Notes under the pieces: generated by a model
Seen by the model: only the letters and a program-made list of their open reading frames with translations
The model's database searches: none
Told to the model about the DNA's origin: nothing
Made by a program: the position numbers and the translations under genes
From: Heteronotia binoei
Taxonomy: Eukaryota
Assembly: GCF_032191835.1 (NCBI RefSeq)
Contig: NC_083223.1
Location: 56,544,001-56,608,000, forward strand
DNA length: 64,000 nt
Reading direction: 5' to 3'
Part shown: positions 46,866 through 58,452 of the stretch, in pieces
Position numbering within the stretch: position 1 is the stretch's first letter
How the letters are laid out: each line of letters opens with the position of its first letter

Positions 46866-47861
46866 TTAGCTTCTAGGAGAAACAGGCCGATCAGGACGGT
46901 TCATAGGCACACGACGCCATCTAGTGTCTGAAGTTATTGAGTGAACATGTGAGACTGCTTCTATAAGGCCGGTGGGAACAGGAAGATTCAAATCTCTCAG
47001 CATGCTTAGGCCTGAGTCAAGGCCTCCAGCGACAAACGACCGATCCTGTACAGTAACTTGCAGCTTGTACGAAGCAACCCATCGATATCTGATGTTTTCC
47101 CTGTTCAGGATTTCAATAATTGGCTTCAAAATTTTCCGCCTTTGCAAGGTTTCAGAAGACAAATCCTGTAGAATTTGGATGTTGTAATCTCCTAGCAGAA
47201 GTGGATTTATAGCCCGGGCTTTTTGCAGCAGCTTGGATTTAACTGAGGCAGAAGAGAAACGGACTAAAATGTCCCTAGGCAACGAAGTTTTCTGTGTGCG
47301 CAAAGGGCCAATTCTATATGCAGCCTCCAGGGCACAAAGATCAGATTCAGAAAAACCCAATGCCTTTGATAGCCAGGAGGCTATAAGAGATTTTAGGTCA
47401 GAGGGAGAGGCAGAGTTCTCGGGGAGCCCGCGAATTTTAACATTCCCCATTTTCAGTTGGTTCTCAAGTGCAATAATTTTATCAGTGGCCCATTCATCTC
47501 TTTTATAAAAATACTGAGTGTCCTCCTGCACAGCACATGCCATGTTAAAAGCAGAATCTGCAGTCTCTGCCACCTTCTCTAAGGACGTTTTGAAACCCTC
47601 CAACTGAGCAGAAAGGGGCTGGATCATGGCAGATATTTTGTCAGTCATATTTTTTTCCAGTTTTTGAAAAGCCTCCATTACCTCAGAACGAAATGAAGCT
47701 AGGTCTGCTGCTGTGTTTTCCCCTTCTCCCGACGCCATCTTGCTTGCAGGGCTGCTTGCTTTTCCTGAGGCCTTAGCCTTAGGCTTTTTGGGAAAATAGT
47801 CTTTAACAGAGTTCCTTGAGTTTCTTTTTGATCTGGATTTTTGACCATCTACTGTTCCCAT
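46866..47861 (-). CDS. LINE-1 ORF1p (coiled coil, RRM, CTD), 331 aa from the first ATG
   Basis: The ORF track starts at TTG 47888; first ATG is 47861 in strong context. Motifs LENQLKMGNVKIRGLPE, AYRIG..PRDILVRF and QDLSSETLQRRK are typical of L1 ORF1p. Confidence 0.93.
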   Translation of the reverse strand: MGTVDGQKSRSKRNSRNSVKDYFPKKPKAKASGKASSPASKMASGEGENTAADLASFRSEVMEAFQKLEKNMTDKISAMIQPLSAQLEGFKTSLEKVAETADSAFNMACAVQEDTQYFYKRDEWATDKIIALENQLKMGNVKIRGLPENSASPSDLKSLIASWLSKALGFSESDLCALEAAYRIGPLRTQKTSLPRDILVRFSSASVKSKLLQKARAINPLLLGDYNIQILQDLSSETLQRRKILKPIIEILNRENIRYRWVASYKLQVTVQDRSFVAGGLDSGLSMLRDLNLPVPTGLIEAVSHVHSITSDTRWRRVPMNRPDRPVSPRS

Positions 47862-48139
47862 ACTAATTAAAGAAAAAAAAGAAAACAAACAACAACGCTG
47901 GGCGCTTGCTTAAGTGGATTTGGCAGGGGTAAGTAAGGAGCTCTGTTTTCAGGCGTCCATTCCCTATGCGTGCGACGCCACGCCCCGCTGCCCATTCTTG
48001 AAGTATAATAGTTTAAATGTGCAGAGTTGCTGTTGATTGCCCCTATACTAGCTTGTGCGCAGTAATGGGGTGGGGCAACAACTAGGCAGAACTGTAGACA
48101 GCAATGCAGGAATAGATGCTCTAAGAGTTGCCCATGGCA

Positions 48140-48535
48140 GCAGGAGGTACTCGTTGTTGCACCTCCATGGAGTGAGAGGACAGAGCAATATGAAATGACA
48201 GAGAAGATTAAATGTCTCTGGTACGGGAGGACTCATCTCAAAGAGATGAAGGGTTAGCTGTTACTTTTCGACTGGGCAATGGCTTAGAGTTGTCCACTGA
48301 GACAACTCAAAAAGCATGGACTGTCTGCCAAAGTCTTGAGGCAGCAGGAGGAAGGTTGCGGGCCTAACTTGCCTGGGAAATTATAGATGTTTGTATACAA
48401 ATGCTAGAAGTGTCCGAGGTAAAATCGGGGAGTTGGAATGCTTAGTGCTGGGAAAAAACATAGACATTGTGGGAATTTCAGAAACTTGGTGGAATGAGGA
48501 GAATCAGTGGGATTCCTGGATATAAATTATACCTA
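48140..48535 (+). mobile_element. CR1 LINE fragment (start of ORF2 endonuclease; left boundary uncertain)
   Basis: 48380-48530 translates YRCLYTNARSVRGKIGELECLVLGKNIDIVGISETWWNEENQWD. Confidence 0.8.
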
Positions 48536-49065
48536 CATGCCTCCAGCTACGATCCTAGACATACCAAATGATCCGTTGTATACAGCCAGGCTCTACTCTA
48601 CAGTCACATGTGCTCTAGTCCTACAGATAGGGATTCTCACCTGAGGGATCTACAAGAAACCTTTTGGAACTAAAGTTTCCACCTAATGAAGTCAAGAAAC
48701 AGATTAACAAAGCCAGAATGGTACCCAGAGAAACCCTGTTACAAGACAGGCCCAAAAGAGACAATAACAGAACACTAGTAAGTGGTCACATACAGTGCTC
48801 AATTCAAAACATTTCAATGCATCATCAGCAACTAACATTGTCTACTGGAAAATGACAATTTTCTTTTACAAGTACTGTGTGGAGGAAACCTTTTCTTGAA
48901 CACAGACAGCTCCCCAATCTCAAACAACTACTCACCCACAACAATACAGCATCTAAATTTAGACGCTGGTACCAGAGCTTGCAATAAACCCAGATGCCAG
49001 CTTTGCCACATACAAGCAGACAACACTATCACTGGACCTAACAACATCTGGATACATCTGCCCAT
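48530..49065 (+). pseudogene. Penelope-like element ORF fragment (RT C-terminus/linker toward GIY-YIG), decayed
   Basis: Across frameshifts: YLHASSY.PRHTK...YSQAL...DRDSHLRDLQETF..LKFPPNEVKKQINKARMVPRETLLQDRPKRDNNRT...RACNKPRCQLCHI..DNTITGPNN. Confidence 0.85.
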
Positions 49066-49129
49066 CATTCTCCAATTTTGACATATTCATTTCCTTCACT
49101 ATGTTTCCTCTCAAGATTAGACCCAAACG

Positions 49130-49306
49130 TGTGTGTATATATACACACACACATACATACCCACACACATACCCACACATATGTGTATTTTTATATGTGT
49201 GTGTGCATTATGTATGTATGTGTATGTGGGTACATTATATATGCATACATATATACATATGTGTATTGTTTATATATGTGTGTGTGTGTGTGTGTGTGTG
49301 CGTGTG
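49130..49306. repeat. Compound (TA/CA/TG) microsatellite
   Basis: Direct reading. Confidence 0.95.
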
Positions 49307-49439
49307 TCCTGTCAAGCAGCCCACTCCAGTTCAGGATCTTGTAAAGCCGTCCACTCTAGTTTAGGATGCAATGCTGGTGTCCCTCATCCCCACACATTAA
49401 TAATTGTATTAATTCATCAACCTCATCTTTTACATATTT

Positions 49440-49576
49440 CAGGGGTGGCCAACGGTGACTCTCCAGATGTTTTTTTGCCTACAACTCCCATCAGCCCCAG
49501 CCAGCATGGCCAATGGCTGGGGCTGATGGGAGTTGTAGGCAAAAAACATCAGGAGAGCTACTGTTGGCAACCCCTG
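49440..49576. mobile_element. Palindromic hAT MITE (137 bp)
   Basis: TIRs CAGGGGTGGCCAAC / GTTGGCAACCCCTG; perfect TSD ACATATTT at 49432-49439 and 49577-49584. Confidence 0.92.
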
Positions 49577-51145
49577 ACATATTTGATCTATTGTACATTC
49601 CTCCACACATTCCTTCCAATAAATTAAAGAAATCAATGCATCCTCATGCAGATTCAGTCTAAAGGTATGAATAAATTACTTATTGAAAGGTAATATTATC
49701 CCAAGTGAAAGAAATGTCTGTACAATGTGTTATTTATGATGTCACTTGTCTTCCGTAGGTTCACACTAGCAACATCTATAAACTATGTGGCCATGGATCC
49801 TCCGTCTGAGATCACATGAGCCTTAGTGTGCCTTTTCACATTCAGGTCACCTCATAATACAGCTGCAAAAATCGATCATATCAGAAAGTCACCTGCAAGA
49901 AATGTTAACAAACAGGATTCTCATTAAGATTCAGTTCCACCAGTGACTCATGTGTAAGAAGACTTCTACTATTCAGTATTTGTAATGAACTGTGGAAGGC
50001 TATTATACAATTAAAGGACAATATTAGTGTTTTGGGAGATCAGATGACCTATCAGTTCCATATACAGGAAACCAGAGGGAGACTAGACATTCCAGCTGTG
50101 GTAAGGAACATCTGTTACCCTACTGTTTCCAATAATGTATCTGTATCATGGACATACGTCTTTAAACACCTGCCTGTCTGTGTCTGGGAACCTACAACCC
50201 AAACAATCAGAACTCCTATACTTGTGTCTTTAAAAATGTGTGAACAAAAGTGCATGACACCCACGTTGAACCAAGAAAAAAGGCAGGATATGTTTTAATA
50301 AAATAAATAAAATATCTAATTTGTGTGTCTGTTTTAAGGCCATTTTCACATAGGTTATTTGTTGTTGGGAAGTGGGAGTTTTTCAGGGGTAGCAGCTTCC
50401 ACACAGCATCGTGGTATATCTGTGCACCTCCCAAGGTTTCCCTGGCTTTGCTACAATATTTCCCAAACCTGCTTTGGTCCAAAATTTTGGGAAAGATCAC
50501 AATAAAATCTGGGTGGCTACTGTGTGTGAGCAGGAAAGTTTGGGTTTTTCCTAGCCCACCTACTTGGCAGCCATTTTCCCCCACAATGGTTGTTTTCTTT
50601 CTCTGCCACCTGGATCCTTTTTTTAAAATGGAATGCTTTTATATTGATATAACATTATATGTGTATCAGATTGTCTAAAATCTCATATTTCATATTTTAA
50701 AAAAGTCTCTTTCCTGCTTCTTTGCAAAACTATACATAGAAAACTGTCTCCATGACTAACTGACTTAGAGGTTTGGGGTTTTTTTTAAAAAAAGATGGGG
50801 ATTCAGATAATCTGTTAAACTTGTTATAACATAATAGTACTAAACTGATATTTAATTGCCAATTTAAAAAAAAATCTGGAAAAGCTCTGATGCTGTGTTA
50901 GGAGGGGAATGCCCCATCAAGGGATCAAGCAGCAAATCCATGAGGGACCTGCCATACGGAAGCCCCACTGATACTGCACTGTATTGGCAGCAGTAGCAGC
51001 AATGAGGAAACTACACATGCTTGTAGAAAACTCCTGGGTTAGGGGGTCTCCAACAGGGAGTTCATACTAGCTAGTTCTTCCCTTAGAAGACTCAGGAAAA
51101 GGTTGTGAAAAGATCTGTTCTAGGCTTTTTTTAAAGTAGTATTTT

Positions 51146-51548
51146 TAGGGTTGCCATGTTCCCCGCATTCTCCAGTGGCGCCAGGGAGCCCCTGATGAAA
51201 TGATGCCACCCAGAAGTAACATCATTGTGCATGGCCACTCTAGGCATTTCTGGGAAAACTCTATGGTTTTCCCAGATGCTCTAGCCATTTGAGAGGGAAA
51301 AAACTCTATTGTGCCTATTATACCATAGAGTTTTCCCCTCCCAAATGGTTAGAGCGTTCGGGAAAAACCATAAGAGTTTCCCCCAAAAAACACTTAGAGT
51401 GGCTGCCACGCGACATCACCAGGGCGGTGATGTAACTTCTGGGTGATGTCATTGCGCTGGTGACGTAGGGGGAGGTTCATTGGGCCAGCAGGTTGGGAAC
51501 CTCCTGGGCAGGGGAACCCCCACCTGGACCAGGGGCTTGGCAGCCCTA
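51146..51548. mobile_element. hAT MITE with TAGGGTTGCCA TIRs and internal inverted repeat
   Basis: Perfect TSD AGTATTTT at 51138-51145 and 51549-51556. Confidence 0.9.
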
Positions 51549-51712
51549 AGTATTTTATAGGATTTTTTCTTTATTAAGACAATAACTTCATTTCTAGTGC
51601 TCCTCTAAGTTCATGTTCTGACAGAACTTAATTTAGTAATGCATATGTATGTGTTGGGGGTGGGGGGGTAGTCGACATATTTTCATTACTCAGAAATAGC
51701 TCTCATCAGAGA

Positions 51713-51950
51713 AAAAGTTGCCAACTCCTGACCTAAATACTATAGCTTATCTGGGTTGGGAAGATCCTGGAGATTTCAGGGATAAAGCCTGCTGACTTCA
51801 GGATTTGGGGAGGGGAATATAATGCCATAGAGTCCACCTTCTAAAGCAGCCATTTGCTTCAGAGGAATAGATCTCTGAAACCTGGAGACCAACTGTAATT
51901 CAAGGAGATCTCCAGCAACCACCTGGAGAATGGTAACATTACTATGACTA
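51713..51950. mobile_element. Decayed TAGGGTTGCCA-family MITE
   Basis: Shares the AATGCCATAGAGTCCACC...GATCTCT...GGAGATCTCCAG block with 13760-13870, 53820-53935 and (inverted) 60942-61120. Confidence 0.65.
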
Positions 51951-53335
51951 CACAATTTTCAAAGGAGTGTCTCCTGAAACATCTCCATGGTTGCTATACC
52001 AGATAAAACTGCATTTCATCGAGAAACACGTAGTTGCATAATGAGCAAATGGGATTCTCACAGGCTGGATTCTAAACAGGCTGATTTTGATCTGCCTCCT
52101 CTCAGTGCTCAAGGACAAATCTGTATGAGGCAATACGCAAATTTGATCATCATGCTACAACATATCTTGTTGGAACTGGAGCTTAAAATAAGAATGGGTG
52201 GAAGCACTGTAGCTGCCTGACAAGTATGATGGAAAAATGATGTGAGTAACCTTTCCACAAATGAGTAGTCCTAGAAGATTGCCTGAATCAGAATTTACAC
52301 ATTTAAGTAAGGCTTTCAGGATTTCTCAATAAGTAATAATGATCTTGTTTTGATTTGCAGGACACGAATCACCCACTGGAAACTTTAACAAAATTGATAA
52401 CCAAAGATATACACATTAACATAGGCTACTGATCCACAAACATCATCTGTATACATATGACACTATTAGATTTGGGAGATCATGGAAATTGGGGAGGACA
52501 GGATTACAAATGGAAGGCCTTCCTCTGTGTATGTTGTGATGTGTCCTTTATAGTGGAGCAGATTTAACCATAACCAGTTTATAGGTTTATTTGATGTTTG
52601 TAAATCCATTAGTTACCAGCTTTCTGACCTCAAAGGAAGCTGACAGCATGGCTGCCTCAGCTTCTCTTTGACGTCACAGCCTCCTTAACCTCTCCAGCTT
52701 ATTCTGAAAGCTGCAGGTGCCAGAGCCTGAATCAGCCAGCTGTAGATCCTATTCAGACATGCTGTCCTCTGTTGCTGTGTCCTGTGATGACAGTCATCCT
52801 CTTGTCAACTCCCAAGTTTGAGTCAAGATCCCAGCCATCTGCAGTGACCTGCAAGCTCTCTTGAACCTGAATCCCCAATCAAACCTGCTCCCATCTCCTG
52901 AGAAGGAAACCTGCTATACTTCAACCACTCCTCTCTCTGCATGTTCCAGTTAAAGCCATCCCGAGACCTCCAGTCACCTCCCTGATTTGGAAGCCTACAA
53001 ACTCCACCACAGCTTCTCCTCCATCTCAGCTGTCCTCTGTGTGTGTAATTTATTTCATTATTGACTCTATAGTCTACCCTTCTCACTGAGACTCAAAATG
53101 GATTATGCAGTGTAACTCAATATTAGTCCATATACAGACACTTCTAAGTGTAGGTCAATACAATCAATATGAGATATCAAATGCCCAACTTACTATCATT
53201 AATCAGAGCATGGCATATTAAGTGTAAAAGGTATGGACATTATGGAGAAAAATGGTGGCATTTCAATAAAAAAACACAATTACACAACAACAGGGTAATA
53301 TGTGCATCAACTGCTTCAATGTGTCCCTTCCCACC

Positions 53336-53537
53336 CCCATCAAGTTGTAGCCAATTTATGGTGACCCTGTAGGGTTTTCAAAGCAAGAGACATTCACAGG
53401 TGGCTTGCAGTTGCCTGCCTCTGTGTAGCGATCCTACAATTCCTTGGTGGCCTCCCATCCAAATACTGATGAGAGTCGACCCTGCTTAGATTCCAAGATC
53501 TGACAAGATGGGGCTAGCCTGGGCTATCAAAGTCAAG
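53336..53537 (-). mobile_element. 5S rRNA-derived SINE
   Basis: Reverse complement of the 5S internal promoter region (CTCCCATCCAAATACT...CCCTGCTTAG) plus the same body as 20778-21535. Confidence 0.82.
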
Positions 53538-53702
53538 GTATACAGTAGTATAATTCACAGTTCTTCTTCCTTTATAAAGCCATTTGTGGACCATTCTGCT
53601 ATAGCATAGCCCTGTTACCATTATAAAAAAGTTTGGGACAACTCTATTTTACCCAGTTTGCAGAATGACAGGAGCGCAGGAGGTAGTCTGACCTCTTCAG
53701 CC

Positions 53703-53937
53703 TAGTGTTGCAAACTCCAGGTTGGGAAATTCAGCTTGTACATTTGTGTGTGTGGGGGGGGGGGTTGTAGCCTGGGGAAAGTAGAGTTTGGGGAGAATCT
53801 GATTCTCAAGGGGGTCTAATGCTAGAGAATCCACCCTCCAAAGCAGAAATATGTCTAGGTGAATGAATCTCTGTAATCTGAAGATCAGTTGCATTTCTGG
53901 GAGATCTCCAGATTCCATCAGGAGGTTGGCAATCCTA
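53703..53937. mobile_element. Decayed TAGGGTTGCCA-family MITE
   Basis: Ends TAGTGTTGCAA / TTGGCAATCCTA; TSD 6/8. Confidence 0.7.
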
Positions 53938-54449
53938 CCTCAGACAGGCTATTCCATAGCCACCCTAAGTCGTTCGCAGGAGGGGCAGGGTATAAATCAA
54001 CAGAAATAAATAAAAGGCCCAGAAAAATGAGTAGAGCTGTTGTAGCAGAACATAGGAGGAGAGGCAGTACTGCAGATATAAGGGTCCAAGGCCATCCAGA
54101 TCTTTGTACGGTATAATTCCTCTTTAGACATGCATTGTTGTTTCTACAAACTTTGGTGTGTTGATGGTTGACTCTTATAAGCGCACCCAGCCTAACAACT
54201 TTTGCATGACAGAAGAAATTAGCAGCGTCTGGGATTATGAAACTCTAATTTCATTTAATGAGTAAAAACTTAGTGACTTGTAGGCACACCCTTGTTCTTT
54301 CACAACTAGATAAGCCTAGCAAATGGAAGGGATTGGGTTTTCTTGCAAGTAGGAAATGGTTATGTGTAGTAGCAAACAAAATAGCAAGTGCTTTTTGCTG
54401 TGACTATCAGCCTTTTGCCCTGACCTGGATAGTCTCCAGATAATTAACA

Positions 54450-55140
54450 AGTTTTTAAAATTTTATTTTACATAGAACAAAACTAAAAGTACAGTAAGAG
54501 TAGACACCAAACTATAGATACAAATGATATCAAAACATAACTTACAATATTACAAAATTAAAATTAAAAATATATCATTTTTACATTTAAAGGATTACTT
54601 GGTAAAATCTCTTGTTCCATTAAATTAGTTATCACAGGATACCATGGTATAACTATTTTTTTCTCATAATGCATAATTAACAACATTCATATATGAATAA
54701 TCAACCAAGAATAATCATACTTTACACAGTAAATCCACAGGTCACATAACTATGAAAAATCCAAATAGGATAATAGCCATATAATAGATCTGTCCTCAGT
54801 AGTAGCTAGAACTATGATAAATGCAGAAGTCCTATACATTCAGCCCAATGCTACTAAAGGAAACTGCAGTCATTCTTCAGCTGACCGGAAATCATTATAA
54901 AAGCCAGTTTCAGAGTCTTGCAAAACATATATAAATACCAACTGTATTTCCCAGCCATGTATGTAACCATAGGACTCAAAATCTCAATTAGATTTTGATG
55001 TATGTAACCATAGCTCCAAAAGCTATGCTCACACAAAATCAAAATAGATGAAGAATAAATTTCAAAGTGGAACTCCCAAGCCTCTTTTTTTCTATCATGT
55101 ATTCCTATAAGCTTCAACTGGGTGTGGTGTTCTTGGAGAC
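54450..55140 (-). mobile_element. Possible ancient L1 3' remnant
   Basis: Strand-biased A-rich composition after a TTTTATTTT start; weak peptide resemblance to an ORF2 C-terminus. Confidence 0.3.
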
Positions 55141-55924
55141 GCTGAACGATTAAGGGCTAAAGAAGTCAACTGTCCTAATCGTTTCCACTATTCCTAAAGG
55201 AATATCCCATCTGACAACTCCTGGAATGGAAAAAGTGAAGTGGAATTTCACTACACTGCACCCATTAGGATCACTGGTATAAATAAAGGGGGAAATTATT
55301 ATTCATAAGAAATTGCTAAGGTCCAAGTTCTGATAAGTTAAGTCAATACAATGATGGCTTCAGCTTAGTTGTGAAGGCCTATAAAAATGAGTTTGTCTCA
55401 CTTCCAGGGAGAAGAAGTTTTAGAATTTGGGGCCATTGGTTAAAATGGACCTTCAAGGCATCCCAGTTGCATCACTTCATGTTTCTGCAACAAGACACCA
55501 TATTTGAATCTCAGAGTTCAAGCACGTTGCTATGGACAAAGGAGTTACTTGGGGCTTGCATTAAAGGATGTACAAATTACACCTTGTGACCTCTGTTTAG
55601 AGCAGACTGGCATTTCTTTATCTGTTCCATCAAACAGTACTATGTACTATTTACATTTTGGTATATGGTGGCTGTCATGGTCTGAGGTAATTGGCCTGTG
55701 TGCTGGAGTACACAAAGTAATCTTTTGAAGATCACAGATATTATACAGCTGCATACTTTCACAAATACTAAGGAAATATCATTAGGATGAATTTCAGTCT
55801 ATTAATATTCTTCAGTTTGGCAATTCACAAGCAAAATAGAAAATAACATGATGAATTAGGTACCCCCCCCCCCAAAAAAAAAACCTCTCACCAGAGCCAG
55901 CAGTTTCAGGGACAGTAAATAAAA

Positions 55925-56120
55925 ACTGACCCTAACTTGGATGGCGCAGGCTAACCCATTCTCATTAGATTCTGGAAGCTAAACAGGGTCAGCCCTGATT
56001 AGTACTTGAATGCAAGACCTCCAAGGAAGTCTAGGGTTGCTATGCAGAGGCAGGAATTGGCAAACCATCTCTGTTCGTCTCTTGCCCTGAAAAACATATG
56101 GAGTCACCACAAGTCAACTC
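55925..56120 (+). mobile_element. 5S rRNA-derived SINE
   Basis: GGAAGCTAAACAGGGTCAGCCCTGATTAGTACTTGAATG then CCAAGGAAG...GCAGAGGCAGG..TGGCAAACCA body. Confidence 0.82.
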
Positions 56121-56147
56121 TAAAATAAACTATAAAAACTGTAAGAA

Positions 56148-56749
56148 TAGGGATGGGCACAAACTGGGAAAATGTGGTTCAGTTTGTGATATGCCCGGTT
56201 CATGAACCACGAACTGTCATAAACTTAGCTGCCGAACAAACCAGTTCAGTTCACGAGGTTCTTGATGTGGTAGAATGAACCCCCTGCATGCTAGAGTCAC
56301 AACACTTGCAGGGCTTCTACAGGCGACTCTCCTTGACTGCTTGCCCTATAAATTTGGTGAGGATTGGATTTATGAAATGCAAGGTACAGTCTCCCAAAGA
56401 AGGTGCCCCCAGGAACGTGTTTTCTGGGAATATTACAGGCACAGATTCAGGAATGTATAAATGGATCCTGTGCAAGCTAGAGACATCCAAGTCACAGGGG
56501 ACCTCTCCCAGATGTTCCTCTACATGCCCTCCAAGTTTAGCCCCTCTGTTGCTTTGAAGTTTGGTAAGCATTTAGATTGAGCAGAGACAGTCTATCTGAA
56601 AATGTATACATTCACGAACTGCCACCAAGTGTGGAAGTTTGTGGAAAGTTCATGCTGGTTGACCAGCTATGAAGTTCAGTTCATGAACCATGAACCTGTC
56701 AAAATTTGTCATTTACTTTAGTTCATGAGCCAGTTCATGCTCATCTCTG
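56148..56749. mobile_element. Non-autonomous hAT element (602 bp)
   Basis: TIRs TAGGGATGGGCAC / ATGCTCATCTCTG; TSD TGTAAGAA / CATAAGAA, consistent with an ancestral CGTAAGAA deaminated on opposite strands. Confidence 0.75.
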
Positions 56750-56949
56750 CATAAGAAGATACCTTTCCTTCCTTTCCTTTTGTACCCTTAGAAGATCATT
56801 GATTCACAAATCTTGAGCAGCAGAAGACACTTATTTTTTTTTAATGCAAGGGCTAAAAGGACTGAGACAAATTTTACAATTGCTAGAGTGATCCAGAGTA
56901 TGGGGGGAGGGGAGATGGTTGGTTGAATAAAGACTTAATATAGCAATCC

Positions 56950-57250
56950 CTCATAATCTCAAAAAAAGTCTGTGTGCTAGCAGAGCATCAAAAGATGTAT
57001 CAATACTGTTAAGACCACAAGGGCAGATTCTATCAGTGTACGGTCTATTCAAAAATCTCCTTTGCAAAACCATTGTAGGTATAATGTTCAGTCTTGCAAA
57101 AAAGCTCTGCAATAATGTTTGTTTTGTTTTTTTAAAGATTTTGGGTAAAAATAGAGATGAGCATATTCTGCAGACTTTTAGGTTCAAGCTACCACGGTTG
57201 ATTTCAAGGACTTGTTTTTTGATCAGAGAAAATGCTTTGGTTTTGCCCAT
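56950..57250 (-). mobile_element. Non-LTR retrotransposon ORF2 C-terminal remnant (clade uncertain)
   Basis: FFARLNIIPTMVLQRRFLNRPYTDRICPCGLNSIDT resembles the region before a C-terminal zinc knuckle. Confidence 0.45.
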
Positions 57251-58264
57251 ATAAAAAAATATAATCCAACTGGCATTCTAAGAAGGCACCAAGTCCAATG
57301 CATATTTTATGTCTCCAAACATCTTAATTACAGAAGTTCTGTGATCTGAATTGTTGTTTCAACAGTTCACCAGACCTAGCTTTCTACTTGGCTTAGTGAG
57401 GGAGAGAGAAAAAAAAGAAATAACATTAACTCCAAGCTTGTCTATTTTTCATTACAGAACCTATGTAAGGGATTTCTTTTTCTCATACATTTGTATATCA
57501 TCTTTCTTATAACTGCTAACAGCTATTGATAATTATGATCCCAATACAATAATCAAATTGCTTGTTAGAAACCCCCCTGCACATAGAAAAGAGCAATGAG
57601 CCACATGAAAGCACATTTAAAAAGTTACATGTTTTCTGATTTCTTTTTTACATTTTCTGCAAAAGCTAAGAAGACAATTTATCTCACCATCTCTATGAGC
57701 GTGTGCTAGAACCCAGAACCCAGAACTGTGAAGACGCTGGAGTTGGCCACCTTTCATCTTAGATGAAGGGTGTGGCATATATTGCTAGCCAGAACATCAC
57801 AGCTATATGGGCTCATATGCAGTGGTGAAATGTACCTATTTACTTCTCAGACCCTTTGAAAAAGAAGAAAGCCCAAAGGAAAGGAAAACGGTTGTTAAAA
57901 GTTTGTATAAAGATAACACATGCTTCAGCAGGAACTTGAATTCTAGAGGGTAATTAGGATGGTGGTTCCTGTCCACAACCATCTCCTCCACACACACACA
58001 CCACCAACAAATGTGAGCCATGATTAGTCTGATAATAGCTGATTTATGATGACACCGTGGGATTTTCGTATAAAGGAAGTGAAAACGAGTGAAAACCAGG
58101 TAGCTGCAGCTGATGGAGTTGCCTGATGAATTCAGCACAAGAGACCTTGGGTTAGGGGAGGTTGATTCAGTATCTGCACAAGAACCCAAAATCCAGATGG
58201 AAACTGTTTTTTACTGCTTCAGCTCCACAGTAGGATAATCTCAACCTGCTGTACTTTTCATTTG

Positions 58265-58452
58265 CTTTCAAGTCACAACCAATTTATGGCAACCCCAGAG
58301 GGTTTTTAAGGTAAGAGATTTTTTTTTTTTTTTGGCGCCTCAGCATTACAGCCCTGGTACTCCTTGGTGGTGTGCTGTCCAACCAAGGCAAACCCTGCTT
58401 AGCTTCTAAGACTTCATGATATCAGGTTATCCAGGGCTATCCTGGTCAGGGC
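58265..58452 (-). mobile_element. 5S rRNA-derived SINE, decayed
   Basis: CCCTGCTTAGCTTC..AGA..GGGCTATCCTGGTCAGGGC matches other copies. Confidence 0.7.

Larger units (their letters stand above)
41290..47986 (-). mobile_element. Full-length LINE-1 (6697 bp), both ORFs intact
   Basis: 13-bp TSD GCTGCCCATTCTT (41277-41289, 47987-47999); poly(A) tail (T-run to 41302); AATAAA at 41319-41324; nick site TTCTT/GA resembles the L1 endonuclease consensus; 5' end GGGGCGTGGC. Confidence 0.97.

Noticed and set aside
41868-47508. Short alternative-frame and antisense ORFs inside L1 ORF1/ORF2
   Set aside because: Shadow ORFs of a long coding sequence; no independent evidence.
49078-49627. ORFs of 87-164 aa
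   Set aside because: Produced by dinucleotide microsatellites and a MITE.
51990-52040. Possible hammerhead near GAGAAACACGTAG
   Set aside because: No CUGANGA box or stem II could be identified.
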